The notes under the pieces were generated by a model that did no database searches, was not told where the DNA came from, and saw only the letters and a list, made by a program, of their open reading frames with translations. A stretch of DNA of 62,748 nucleotides, the filler included. It is 13 parts of 13 records of this genome, joined end to end, with 100 filler letters (N's around TTAATTAATTAA, not from the genome) between each part and the next. Parts side by side here need not be neighbours in the genome. Positions count along the whole stretch, not along the records: positions 40,232 to 45,771 come from SRR15195285_6198; positions 45,872 to 49,733 come from SRR15195285_6204; positions 49,834 to 59,189 come from SRR15195285_6205; 10 more parts are not named here. The stretch is one strand, 5' to 3'. Below, piece after piece: positions 43,037 through 55,000 of the stretch (position 1 is the stretch's first letter; each line of letters opens with the position of its first letter). Made by a program: the position numbers and the translations under genes.

Positions 43037-44464
43037 ATGACGGCTTCAAGAGAGATGGCGACGTTGGTGGCGGTGACGCCGGAGGAGCGAGTGGCAGGGG
43101 CGCTGCACGACGAAACCCTCTCGCTGCTGCAGCAGGATATTCGCCACTACGGCTTTTGCCTACTGGGTCCAGTGATCTCGGACGAGGTGCTCGAACAACT
43201 CGGCCTGGACCTGGATCTCATATGTGCAGGGCTGGCTGCGACACAGGTCCTAGAGCGTCCACCCAGCGAGCGCTCGTGGCACCTTGGCGCTGGCGTGCCA
43301 CGCAGTGCCCCATTCATGCGCGAAGAGTTCGTTGCTAACCCGCTTATCGAGAACGCTGTGGCGGCGTTGCTGGGCGAAGGCGCATTTATGAACTTCTGCA
43401 ACGCGAACACCAACGCAACTTGTCCAAGTTCCGGCCCCAGAGCCGATGGAGCAGATGTCCAAGGCCTGCACGGTGATGGTCGCTGGGCCTTCGCGTCTCC
43501 CGAAGATGCTCGCGCAGCTGGGGACTCTAGATGGCCCCATGGTCCCACGCAGGTTGTTGTGAACTTCGGCAGCGACCACTGCAACGAGGCAAACGGTGCC
43601 ACGCAGATATGGCCGTGAGGTTCACCATTTCTTTGCATTGGCGCAGTTGGTCAACCCTCTGCGGGCGGTAGCTCACGTTGTGTGATGCCGGCTCTCTGTT
43701 GACAGTGGTTCACACGCTGTTGAAGACGTGGTTGCGATTGAAAATGGTGGCCAGGGCGCCTCTGGCGCCAATTCCTTGCAGGAGTTGGCAGACGGACGTG
43801 CGAATGGATTCGATCCGATTGCTGCGATGATTCCTCGCGGTGCAGTTCTGATCAGAGACGTAAGACTATGTGAGTTCTGCGACTGAGTTCACGGGCTAAG
43901 CCACGGCCAGTCACACGCCTGGTAGATCATGATTGACACGGCAAGCTCGACTTTTTTGTGACCGTGATGTGCACAGGGCATCGTGGTATCCACAACCCAG
44001 CCGACCGGCCAAGGCACATGGTTGCTGTTTGCTACAGCTCCGCGAGCGTGCGTGATCGGTGCATCGTCAATTCGACTGGGATGTGCAATCTCGGCGATGA
44101 TCGGTCGCAGCTGCGCTGCCAAGGCGGCTTTTCTCCTCCACTTGGCAAGTTGCGCTTCTCTGACAGCTGCGCCTCGGCTTTCGATATGCCGTCGCTTCAT
44201 GGTATTGACCGCAATATAGAGCTAGTACCAGGCCTATGTGACAACTGGGGTCGGGCTGTTGACACTCTTGCGGTTTCCCCCACGCGAACAGTCGGTACTG
44301 ATGGAGAGCCGTGCTGGGAGTTTACCAACGCTGCCACTCATAGCGCGCAGGGCATTCCCATCAATGTTATGACCGATCGCCGTCGCACAGTTCCGGAGAA
44401 GGAATTGCCTAAGTGGGCGGTGCGCATTTTCAAGGACCACGTTGCTGGAGCGCCGAAGCTTTAG
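43037..44464 (+). CDS. Phytanoyl-CoA dioxygenase (PhyH)-family Fe(II)/2OG dioxygenase with C-terminal PKL (PTS1 variant); 3 exons
   Basis: QGLHGD (HxD), NGATQIWPGSH, GAVLIRDVRLWHRGIHNPADRPR. Introns 43615-43705 and 43870-43976. Confidence 0.88.
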
Positions 44465-44772
44465 GGCCAGCGCCACTGCACTGTAGACGGCCTTGGCAAA
44501 GTTTACTGACGAGCATTTTGTTGCATTAATGCCAGTATCGATTTTTTTCGCCGACTTCCTTCCGTTCTGTCTGACCTTTGCCACGTAATGTACATTCTGA
44601 TGCCATTTCACCATGGAATAACTTGCTTGTTGCCTCGCTTCGCTGGCGTGCTATGCGCAATCAAAGGTTCACATCCAGGTTCGAAGCGTGGGCAAGCACA
44701 CACCGGTCCAGCAATGCTGAGTTGCCAAGACAGATGAGTTAAACATGGAACAGCTACACGAACGAAGCGCAC

Positions 44773-45771
44773 TTACGGCAGTGGGTGATTTGGTGGTATA
44801 GACCAACCAGCCACGTAGTCTGGTTGGTAGTACCCCGGCATCACCTGCTCACTCAGTCGTGTGAGCCAGCGAGGGCAATGGGAGTGGATGCTGCACTGGC
44901 CACGTGTTGCACGCACCATAGACGTGCCATTGAAGCCCTCTTTGGCTGGAGAGTCGCCGAGGTTAAGGATGAAGGGCGCAGCGAGGACCGCCCATTCTGT
45001 CGCATCGGGAACGTCGGCATCGGTCATTTCAGTACGCACAACGCCAGGTGCGAACGGAACACAGATCACTGGCTCCGGTAGCGTCATTGCCACACACTTC
45101 GAGATCGACTCCACACACCATTTACTAGTGCTATACACGCCGTTGCCACTGCTGTCAAAGGTGCTGTGACCTGTACCAGAGCTCATGTTGACAACGAGCC
45201 CACTGCCAGCCTCCACCATCGCTGGGACGATGTGACGCATCACGTTCAGAATGCCATGCACATTAACATTCATCACACTGTCCCAGGTTTCCTTCGGCAC
45301 CTCCCACAGCGGCTTTCCTTGTGCGTCGTCGCCTGACACCCCAGCGTTGTTGATCAACACGTCCGGCGCGGCGCCATCCAGCAGTTGCAGCACCATGGCA
45401 CTCCACTGGGCGACAGAGCCCTCGTCCGCAGTGTCGCACACGCCGAAAATGTGGTCGCCACCAAGCGTGGCAGCCATAGAGTCAATTCGCTCTTCACGCC
45501 GACCACATCCCACCACACGATGGCCCATCTGCGCGTAGCTCTCGCACAGTGCCTTCCCAAGCCCACTGGTGCACCCCGTGACGATGATGACCTTGCGAGC
45601 TACCCCGCCTGCCCGCACTGCAGCAGGCACTGTCTCCCGGCGGCGGTGGCTACTGGTACTGTGCTCCGCCAGCAGGGCTGCTCGGAGGTGAGACAGACGT
45701 CCTGTCGGCCCAGCCTGCGCCCTGCTGGTGCGGGTGGACGTGTACTGCTGCTGCTGCTGCTGCTGCTGCTG
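44773..45771 (-). CDS. Short-chain dehydrogenase/reductase resembling NADPH-dependent pterin aldehyde reductase (5'-partial)
   Basis: TGCTSGLG, NNAG, VNMSSG, YSTSK (YxxxK), PGVVRTEM, WAVLAAPFILNL. Frame open to the contig end. Probable intron 44916-44845. Confidence 0.85.
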   Translation of the reverse strand, partial: QQQQQQQQQYTSTRTSRAQAGPTGRLSHLRAALLAEHSTSSHRRRETVPAAVRAGGVARKVIIVTGCTSGLGKALCESYAQMGHRVVGCGRREERIDSMAATLGGDHIFGVCDTADEGSVAQWSAMVLQLLDGAAPDVLINNAGVSGDDAQGKPLWEVPKETWDSVMNVNVHGILNVMRHIVPAMVEAGSGLVVNMSSGTGHSTFDSSGNGVYSTSKWCVESISKCVAMTLPEPVICVPFAPGVVRTEMTDADVPDATEWAVLAAPFILNLGDSPAKEGFNGTSMVRATRGQCSIHSHCPRWLTRLSEQVMPGYYQPDYVAGWSIPPNHPLP

Positions 45772-46423
45772 NNNNNNNNNNNNNNNNNNNNNNNNNNNNN
45801 NNNNNNNNNNNNNNNTTAATTAATTAANNNNNNNNNNNNNNNNNNNNNNNNNNNNNNNNNNNNNNNNNNNNGCCCTCTCGATCTTGGCGTGACACAGGGC
45901 ACAAGGGCCTTATGCCCTGTGTCAGCGTTTGCGACATGGTTTGCGGAAGTATTCGAATATAAGTCATATTGAATCTGCAAATCTGGGCACTGTGTCTTGG
46001 TTTGGCGTTCAGTCATCTGCTTTTTTCCGCACACCACAGTTTAGACTACACATGCAAGGACGCAGGGACGTGCAGGCAGCCCAGTGAGACTCACAGTCTC
46101 ACTCAGGCCTCATCGATCGCACGTTCCAACATCTTCTACAGTACAGTACCTTCCCCGGTATGAATACTGTATATCATAATCTGAGATCCTCACCAGGCAT
46201 TTTAGAATTTCTTGAGGTCGCGCGCGATGAACTCACCCAGGCAGGTGCCCAGTCGGACGGACGGAACATTTTCAACGGAACTCGGACTCCGATCGCGATG
46301 CGATGCGCGCGCGCCCTCCACCCCGGTGCCGTGCAGGGAGCTCGGTTTGGCGCGACGATCGCTGCTCGTGAGGGCGCCACACGAGCCGCGAGGAGAGGGA
46401 GAGTTCCTGCCCTACCTGCACAT

Positions 46424-47539
46424 ATGCAGCACAGTCACAGGCTGATCTTAGCGCTCCTTCTCTACATCCCGCCGGCCTGTCCACAGCCTGAGGCACCCTA
46501 CCCAGACACGGCCGGCTGGCTGCCGCTGGTGCGCCACGCACGCGCACCTTAGATCCTGCAGCTCCGGCCGACGTCTGGATCAGTGCAGCATCTGTTTCCC
46601 CTACAGATCTAGTCGGCTGATTGAGAGAGTGATTGGTCGGGACAGGTGTACGAGAAAACAAGCGATGGGTACGATAACCACGATGAGCACTACGCCAACA
46701 AAGGGGAATGTCTGCCAGGCTCGACTGTAAAGCTCCGCGGGCACATCCAGTGCGTGAGTGGCAATCAGGAGTGGTACGCATGAGCGCTGTCCGCGTCATT
46801 CTTGTCCGGCTCACGCCCGTTCCGTTCATCAACGCTGAAACCGAGCATCTTGCGGGCAGTTGGAAGGATGCTGCGGTCAGCCCTGGTTTCGCCACTGCGC
46901 CTCCTGCGTGCCGTCCTGGAGGAACTGTCGATTCGACCCCTGCGAAAATCGATGGCTCTGCAGCCGGGTACACACTGGATGGCCCTAGCATTCCAATCGT
47001 CATTAATTCTGAAGGAATGATGACACTGTCATCTGCTGCCGGAGATCACTGGTATACGATACTAGCAACCATCCGTTCCCTCGATTCTCGAGCAGTACAT
47101 CCTAAACTTTCAAGCGTTAACTCGTTTGCGCACGTGGGTTCTGTTGGCGTTCCACAGGGCGTTGCACTTGGAAGGTGTGACATATGACGGCGCTAGCAAC
47201 TGGGGCCTCGCTTTTCTAATTGTCCTGCTAGCTGTCGCCGCGCTGTACGTCGGCGGTGGCGTCGGCTTTGCGCACAAAACGCAGGGCTCGGACCTGGTCA
47301 TTCGGTCCCACCCTCATTTTGCGCACTGGACGCAGTTGCAGGGCCTGGTGACTGATGGCGCTGTCTATGCAAAAGCCAGGGTCGACGAGCATCGTGGAGT
47401 AGGTGGTGGGGCGCTTGTGGAGAATCTTGTAGATGGCGACGGCAATGGTGGCACACGGGAGTTGGATGCACAAGAAGGGACGAAGCCAGAGGAGGACGCA
47501 GAAGAGGCGGTTGACGACGAAGACGGCTTGGTGGAATGA
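46424..47539 (+). CDS. Type I membrane protein with an M6PR/ATG27-like TM and cytoplasmic tail; 4 exons
   Basis: Signal peptide MQHSHRLILALLL. Introns 46529-46645, 46774-46859, 47052-47157. TM ...ALYVGGGV, then HPHFAHWTQLQGLVTDG, and acidic end DDEDGLVE*. Confidence 0.65.
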
Positions 47540-47811
47540 CCGCCAAAGTGGTCTTGTTGCGTAGGCCTCCTGGTGGCAGCGACTTCGCTGTTTGCCTTGT
47601 TTGAACTGCCTGCTATGGAATGAAGCTTTGCATCATTCGCTTTTCCCGACAGCCATTCTATGGCTTGGTGGTCGTGCTTACCGTAGAGTCAGCTCTTCCT
47701 GCTCTGTGGCAAGAGCACGGCTGTCCTCCGAATCGGGCGAGTAGTCAGCAGCAAGAAGCTACGTCCCATCAATGTCTCGAAACAGAAGGTGCAGGTAGAA
47801 ATGACCTCGCA

Positions 47812-48050
47812 CCCCAAACCGTTCAAAAAGCTGCCCAATCATCAGTCGAAGGATCACCTCCCCTGCTGTGCTTGCACCTGCGATGCATAGTGATGCCCGT
47901 CGCCCTGTCACCAACACGCATGCCTGTTAGAGAACGGATATGTGATGCGTGCACGGATCATCGGACAACGCACCCGAAAACGGCATGGGAGTCTCATACA
48001 CTGCTAGCGTGGATTCAAAGAAGGATGCCAAAGTAAGCCCAATCGCAATG
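47812..48050 (-). pseudogene. Possible decayed MFS-transporter C-terminal fragment
   Basis: Frameshifted pieces IGLTLASFF / GMRVGDRATG / IAGASTAGEVILRLMIGQLFERFG resemble late MFS helices. An intron-like GT..CTAACAG lies between the first two pieces. Confidence 0.25.
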
Positions 48051-48300
48051 GAAATCACCCACAAGGCGGGAGTTCAACAAAACGGCAGAACGTAGTACCA
48101 GTACGTTTGGGGTTTGGGTTGGGGCAGAACGGATCTCGAAAGTGATGTGGCACGGCTCGCTCGAAGCAGCCCGAGATTCGATCGCGCGTACGCAGGTTGT
48201 TGTGGAGATGGGTAGATGATTTCGGGTCGGTCGCAAGCTTGTTGTTGTAAAATCACGTTCGATTCATCAAGTACACATAATAATTAATATCCTATTATGT

Positions 48301-49431
48301 TTAGCAAGGAATTGGTGTGCGGAGATCCAGGAGGCCGCGCTCTTTCGCCTGACGCCACAGCGCTGTGGGTATCGACCCCGTTGTCCGAAGTAATTCAACA
48401 TTTTCTTCCACGTCAGCTGGCGAGCTCATCCCCACGACTACCCGCGTCACACAGCGCGGTAACGCTGCAAAGGCCAATGCAACTGCGGGAAGGGCGACAC
48501 CGTGCTCCTCTGTCAGTCGACGCCAGCCGTCCACGCGCTGCAGAAGCTCGTCAGAAGGAGCTTGGCCGTTATCTGCGCCTGCTGCGTACACGGTGCTGCC
48601 TCCTGCGAGCAGTCCCGAGCTAAACACTCCCGCCATGTGGATCTCGATACCCTGAGCCTCTGCCTCCTCGAGCAACGGCAGGGCATTCTGGTTGAGCAGA
48701 TTGAAGCCGCCTGCCAGCAGTGCCGACTGCACAGTGCCCGGCGGCGGACGCTTGAACAGCCGGCGATGCCCTTGGACGATGGCGGGATCGAACGCATTTA
48801 GGCCCAAGCTCACCTCTTCAATCACACCTTCGTTTCTCAGCGCAGAGAGACCCACAAGAATGCCGTCCGCCGCGACAGCCTGCTCCGTGCCGTCCACCAC
48901 CATGGGCTCATGCAGATTCCCTCCAATCGTTACACGATCTTGGCGATTTGGTCCATGTACGCGGAGCCCTGTAACTGCGGGAAGCCGCAGCCTTACGAGC
49001 GACTCTTTGAGACCACGCTGCGCCATGCCGAACGAATAGTCTCGGAAGGTAGCGCGCTCGCCCGTGAAGCTGAGAGGGAGGGGAGCATGATCCAGCGAGG
49101 CCCGGCCAGCACGCCGGATGACGACCCCAACCTTTGTCCACACTTTCAGGCCGACCATCGTGTCGAGCCCCGCCTCGAGCAGAGCATCACCGACATACTC
49201 CTCTGACAGACCAGCGCCATACAGAGGCGCTGTGTCCAGCTGGCGAATACCGGCCTGCAGCGCAGCCAGCACTGTAGCTACAGCTTCTGGACGGGAGATG
49301 AAAGCCAACGCCTCAGGGTGCGCTAGATCCGGCTTGTTGAAGCCACAGCCGAGGATCAGATCATCTACGCCGAGAGCTGTAGTCTCGCGCAGAGCGACGC
49401 GGCTCACCACCTCGCTGCTGCTGGATGTCAT
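48301..49431 (-). CDS. Aldo-keto reductase (D-threo-aldose/pyridoxal dehydrogenase-like)
   Basis: LDTAPLYGAGLSEE, TKVG, DYS...SLVRL, VHGP, AGVFSSGLL, VALAF, VVVGMSS. Likely ATG at 49431. Confidence 0.88.
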   Translation of the reverse strand: MTSSSSEVVSRVALRETTALGVDDLILGCGFNKPDLAHPEALAFISRPEAVATVLAALQAGIRQLDTAPLYGAGLSEEYVGDALLEAGLDTMVGLKVWTKVGVVIRRAGRASLDHAPLPLSFTGERATFRDYSFGMAQRGLKESLVRLRLPAVTGLRVHGPNRQDRVTIGGNLHEPMVVDGTEQAVAADGILVGLSALRNEGVIEEVSLGLNAFDPAIVQGHRRLFKRPPPGTVQSALLAGGFNLLNQNALPLLEEAEAQGIEIHMAGVFSSGLLAGGSTVYAAGADNGQAPSDELLQRVDGWRRLTEEHGVALPAVALAFAALPRCVTRVVVGMSSPADVEENVELLRTTGSIPTALWRQAKERGLLDLRTPIPC

Positions 49432-49833
49432 GGGATTCTTGCGAGTTCTAGCTCGTGAGGGCCGACCTCGGGTGGTGACGGCGGCGCTAATCGTGAGCAA
49501 ACGCCGTCGCCATATGCATATGCATGGGCAAGCTGGCTGTAGGGTCGCCGTGCTTCTAGTGCTCTCCACGCCGGCTGTCATGTGGATCTCCCGCTGAGCG
49601 GCGTGCACGCACCCCGCCGTCGGCGCGTGCGTGGTACACACACCGACGATACCCGCCGCCGCAGGTACCAATTGCGAATTGGTCAGCAATTGGTACAGTA
49701 CCCATCCAGTCAAATCCTGCCGTATCGGCTAGANNNNNNNNNNNNNNNNNNNNNNNNNNNNNNNNNNNNNNNNNNNNTTAATTAATTAANNNNNNNNNNN
49801 NNNNNNNNNNNNNNNNNNNNNNNNNNNNNNNNN

Positions 49834-51999
49834 CGTGCACCGCCCGGTCCGCCGCCGCCGCCGCCGCCACCACCACCTGGCGGCGCACGCCGTGGTCCGC
49901 CTGGTCCGCCACCACCACCGCCGCCTCCCCCACCTGGTGGTGCACGTCGGGGCCCTCCTGGTCCTGCCCCTCCGCCCCCAGGTGGTTTCCGTGGTCGAGG
50001 ACCCCCAGGTGCACCGCCGCCGCCGCCGCCGCCCGGTGGGTTCCGCGGTCGAGGTCCTCCAGGGGCGCCTCCACCGCCACCTGGGGCCCGAGGGCGAGGT
50101 CCACCAGGCCCGCCACCACCACCAGGTGGTCGTGGACCTCCACCTCCGCCTGGAGGGTTCCGTGGGCCACCGGCGCCTGCATTTGCTCCCCGAGGCCCCC
50201 CAAAGCCGTCGGCCAAAATGGTACCATTTCATTGGAAAAAGCTGCCACCGCCGAAGACTCCCGGCACAGTGTGGATTGATCTTCCGAATATTGTGATCAA
50301 CGGCGATAACGCTCCGGGCTGGGCCGAAAAGCATCCGCAGGGAGAAGGACACTCACTGATGTCGGCGCTGGATCTCGGCAAGGTGGATGTGTTGACAAAG
50401 CGCTTGCAGGACGTGCAAGATGTCTTCAAGCTCAGACAGAAGGTTGCGAAGAAGAAAGCGGCCAAGACGGATACCCAGCCTAAGGTTGAGCTGATCGACG
50501 GCAAGCGCCAAACGAATTTGCTCATTGCGCTAAATCAGTTCAAAACTGACGGAAAACAACTGTCGAACGAAGACATTTGGGCCGCCATCAGAGAGACGGA
50601 CGCCGACAAGCTGAATATCGATAAACTCGAGCGGCTACAGACCATGGTGCCAATGGACGGTGAGGCTGAGATGCTGGGTGCGCCGCTTCCGCCAGGGGTG
50701 AAAGTGACCGACCTTGACAACGCCACACAGTTTCTCATCGGCCTTTCCAAAATTCCGTGTGTAACGGAGCGTCTAGCGGCGTGGTTGTTCTATGAGTCAT
50801 CCTCTGGTTTGCTGGGTCCAGTGAAACACAACATTGGACTGCTGAACGGGGCAATGAAAGAGATGAAGGACGGCGTTCGCATGAAAGGGATCTTCAAGAT
50901 TCTGCTTGACATAGGAAACTACATCAACGCAGGAACCTATCGCGCCAACGCCAAGGGATTCTACTTGGAGACGCTGGCGAAGGTTCCTGAAACGAAGGGC
51001 ACACTCACGGGCGGTGAAACAACCAACCTGATGCGATACGTCGCTCGGATGTGCGAAAAGGAGTATCATATACTGGTTGACTTTGGTTGTGAGGAAGAGT
51101 GGGGCAATCTACGTGCCGCGTGTGATGTCATCTTATCGGACTGTGTCAACACCACAAATGATGTCAAGAAACAGGTTGCGGAGCACAAGAAGTATGTTGC
51201 TAAGCTGAAGAATATCCCTTCTGCGAAAGATGATCCCTTCGTCCTGCCGCTTGGGAAATACCTTGAAAACATGCAAAAAGAAGTCGACTTAGTGTTTGTG
51301 GAGATGGACAAGCTCGTGCCAACGTTCCAGGAGCTGATTGATTACTTCGGTGAGAAGATGAAGAAAGACGACATAGCACTTGACGCGTCCACCCCAGACG
51401 GGAAGCATGCGATCACGACCTTCATGCAGGTAATCATGCTTTCTTTCCCCCATATGCCGACCTGCCACACACAGACACCCCTCCTCGCCATCCCTCGCAC
51501 CGGGAGGACTTACAGAGTGCCATCCTTATTCCAGTGGAGAGACGCCGGTACCAGCAACTAACGCTGCGTGCGTTCATCACCTGCAACTGCAATGTTCTGC
51601 CTGTACAGGAAATCGTCGCTTTCGGGGATGCCTTCATTGAAGCTGGTGACCAGAACAAACAGGCGGACGAGGAACGTGTCAAAGCCATTGAACGCAAAAA
51701 GAAGAAGGCAATCAGGGATAAAAAGGAGGCAGAGTTGAAGGCGAAAAGAAAAGCAGCAAAAGAGGCAGCAAAAGCAGCCAAGGAAAAGGGTGGAGCTGTG
51801 GCCAAAGTGCGTCACATTCTCACTCCGCCTGGATGGTTTCTGGCCTACTGTGTGCACTGTCTGACCGCTTTATGCTATCTCGCAGAAAGCCGACCCCGAT
51901 GAATCCCCAAGAAACATTGGAGGCATCGACGGGCTGATGGCCCGTGCTAGAGCCAAGGGCGTAGAAACAGAACGCCCTGTAGATGACGATTGGGACTGA
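49834..51999 (+). CDS. Formin (FH1 poly-proline + FH2 + short tail), 5'-partial; 3 exons visible
   Basis: Poly-Pro tracts with GGRG spacers in frame with KMVPFHWKKL..GTVW, LIDGKRQTNLLIAL, IGNYINAG..AKGFYLETLAKVPETK. Introns 51430-51608 and 51807-51885. Ends GGIDGLMARARAKGVETERPVDDDWD*. Confidence 0.92.
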
Positions 52000-52064
52000 T
52001 CTAACGAGCATCGTTGCTGTGGCGGTTTGCGTGCAATGCATTCTATATATCGCAAGCTTTACTG

Positions 52065-55000
52065 CTACTCCACAGATTCCACCAGCGCGGACAGGATTGA
52101 TACCTCAGCACTGACGTCCGCAACGTCGGCATCCAAGCCTTCCAGCCGTTGATCAATCATTCTGGCAGGTTCCTCGTCGCGCACCTCTTCGGCCAACGTC
52201 TTGACCGCCTCTGTCAAGTCTTTAATGTCGTTGTCTACCATCATCATCGCTGTCTTCAGCTCAGTTTTTTCGCACGTTACCAACAGCTTGGCCTGCGTAG
52301 ATGCAATCGCAGGCGAGACCTGACCCAACACTTCCCGCACGGCGTCGCGGCGGGCTGGCGAACATGCACACAAGGCAGCGAGGGACGTGTCAGACAGGTG
52401 CCAACTGCAATCAACATGGCGAGCGTAGCACGCCATACCTGCCGATGCCTGTTCTTTGCACAGCATCTCGAGGTCAGACATTAATTCAGCAGCACGTGCA
52501 GCCTGGCGTTTCTCTTCGTCTTGCGCGCGGCCTACCTCCGCCTGAAGATTCGCTGCTATCGATTTAATGAAGTCGTCAAGCTGTGCACACGTGGTCGCAT
52601 GCTTGTCACCCTGCTCATTAATTCTATCGTCAATGCTGAGTCTCAGAGTCTCTGTTGCAAGCGCCGAAGCTTTCTGCCCTGCGCCAAAGTCAGCTCGCAA
52701 TGCTTCAATAACTTTGATAACAGTGCGATCTTTTTCATCAATTATGTCTAGCCGGTTGCCAAGCGCTGTCATCTTCTCTTCAACTCTCGCAGTCCTGCCC
52801 TCGTGCCCTGCTATCAGCGTTCTGCCCAGGCCCTCGAGCTCAGTGGCCAACTTGAGTTCAGATGCCGTCAGAGAAGCTGATAGCGAGCCCAACGACTCCG
52901 CTAACGCTTGCTTATCAGCTTGAGTCGTGCGCGAGAGCTCACCCACCATTTCTTTGAGCGCACGTTCCAATTGAACGCGCTCACTGCTCGCAGTCTTGCT
53001 CAGGCTGTCGAGAGCCTGACCTGATGTTCTGTGTAGACTGTTCATTGTCTTCTCAATTCTGGCTATTTCCAGCCTATTCTTGCCCTCCAAGTCAGCTAAC
53101 TTGTGAGCCTGCTTCGTACTGTCTTCCTGCAATGACATCGACCTAGCCAGGAGGTCTTTCGAGATGACGTTCAGCTCAGTCGACACTTTGTGGTCGATTT
53201 TATCAGTTGAGCTGCGTATCTCTGCAAGTTGTGACGTGAAGCGAATTTCCTGTTCTTCCTGCGCAGTTGCCACACGCTTGACCTCCATTTCAAGCATACC
53301 CGACAACGTTTCGTGGCGCAGAGCCTCACGGCTGTCGCGCTCGGTGGCTTCAGCCTTAATTTCATTTGTAGTGCTTGAGAATTGATTGTGTTGGACATCA
53401 ATCTTGGCCTGCAGCTCCAGTGCGTGTTCCTTCCACTGCTGTCCCTGTGCTTTGATCGATGCTTTCAGCTCATTATGCATTGCAACGAGCTCAAACTTGT
53501 TTTTGTCTACCTGCTGCCCCATCGCTTCGATTTTCTCGAACAACTCTGCACGAGTTCCCGTTAGGGTTTCGGACAGCATCGTCTCTAAACCTTTGCAAGT
53601 ATCGGTCACCAATACTGCTGTGGCAGTTGCAACCTGTGTGAAATGCTCGCGTTGTTCTTTCAATTGCCGATCGTGTCTTTCGATAGCAGTGTCGAACCTG
53701 CTCTCCTGAGCATCAAGCGAACGCTTGAGCTGCATCTCATTCCGACCAACTTCATCGTGCAATTCATCTACCCGCCGTGACAACGTATCATTCAAATCTC
53801 TTAGTTCTAGGTTGATCCGTTCAGTGGTCCCTGCAAGCGATGAATCAAGATTAGTGATCCTCATATCGGTCGAGGAATGATGCTCGCTCAGTTTGGCCGT
53901 CAAAGTGCTGAGTCCATCCGTCGAAGCACGTTTATTGTCCTGCAAGATCCGACGCAAATCATCAACCTTTGTGTCCGTTTCCTGGACCTTACTGAGAACG
54001 CGGTCCCGAAAGCTACTCAGCTCCTGCTGCATGTCAACATGAACCTTAGCTGTCTCTGCGGTAGCGTCCTGTCGCACCGTGTTGCCTGCTGCTTCCACAC
54101 GCTCACACTGGTCTCTGAGACCCTGCATGCCAGTGTCCATGTCCTTTTTGAGTCTGTCGAGCAAGTCGCTATGTACCTTATCATTTGCATCAGAGCGAGC
54201 AGTCAAATCCTTCACGCAAACGGAGAGTTCTTTGCGTATATCAGCTATTGTGTTTCCGTGAGTTTCTACGGTAGAGCTAAGCCTGGTCTCAAGCTGGCTC
54301 ATCTGCGTCCGCATCTGGGCGCTCGTCGCACCATTTTCGCTCATAAACTCAGACAGTTGATTGGCAACACCCTCGATCTTCTGTGTGGACAGTATTTCTA
54401 GTTGTCTGATGGACTCCCCAACACTTGCAAGCTGAGAGTCAACCCGGCGTGTTTCTTCTTCGCTACGGCTGATGATGGTCTGCTTTATTTGATTAGTCTC
54501 TCCATTGGTCCACGTGTGGTTGTTTAGAACTGTCTCGCTGAGCTCAGAGTGAAGTTTTGTCAGCGCCTGAAGTTTTGCAGTCAGAGCTGCTTCCATGTCG
54601 ACAAGTCCTGTGGTGTGGCTCTGGTGTTGATCGGCTGATTTCTCTTCAAGTGATGCGACTGCGTTCGCCGACTTTGCATCTAGGCTACTAATCTGTCTAC
54701 TAGTGTCTAGCTCCAATTCACTGACTTTAGACCGCGCATCAACAAGCTGTGCTTCGTGTTGCTGCAATTGCTCCTCGGCCCTGCGGTCTACGTCTTCCAA
54801 GCGCGCAACTAGCCTAGAATTTAACTCGTGCAGCGCGATATCTGCAGCCGTAGATGTTTCTGTAAAGCGCTGCTCAAGACTCGTCAAGGTATTGCTCGTC
54901 TTGCGACCGTCAGACTCCAACGCAGCTGCCAACGAGCTCACGTCAGCCTCAGTTTTTGTCGCACGCTGATGAACAGCTGTTGTCACCTGCTCCAGTTTTT

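Noticed and set aside
45640-45771. PTS2-like RLSHLRAAL upstream of the SDR
   Set aside because: Position 8 is Ala rather than His/Gln, and the true N-terminus is missing.
49782-50352. Gly-rich and Arg/Trp-rich ORFs, and repeat-like DNA
   Set aside because: Alternative frames of the formin FH1 poly-proline region; not collagen, CRISPR or a separate gene.
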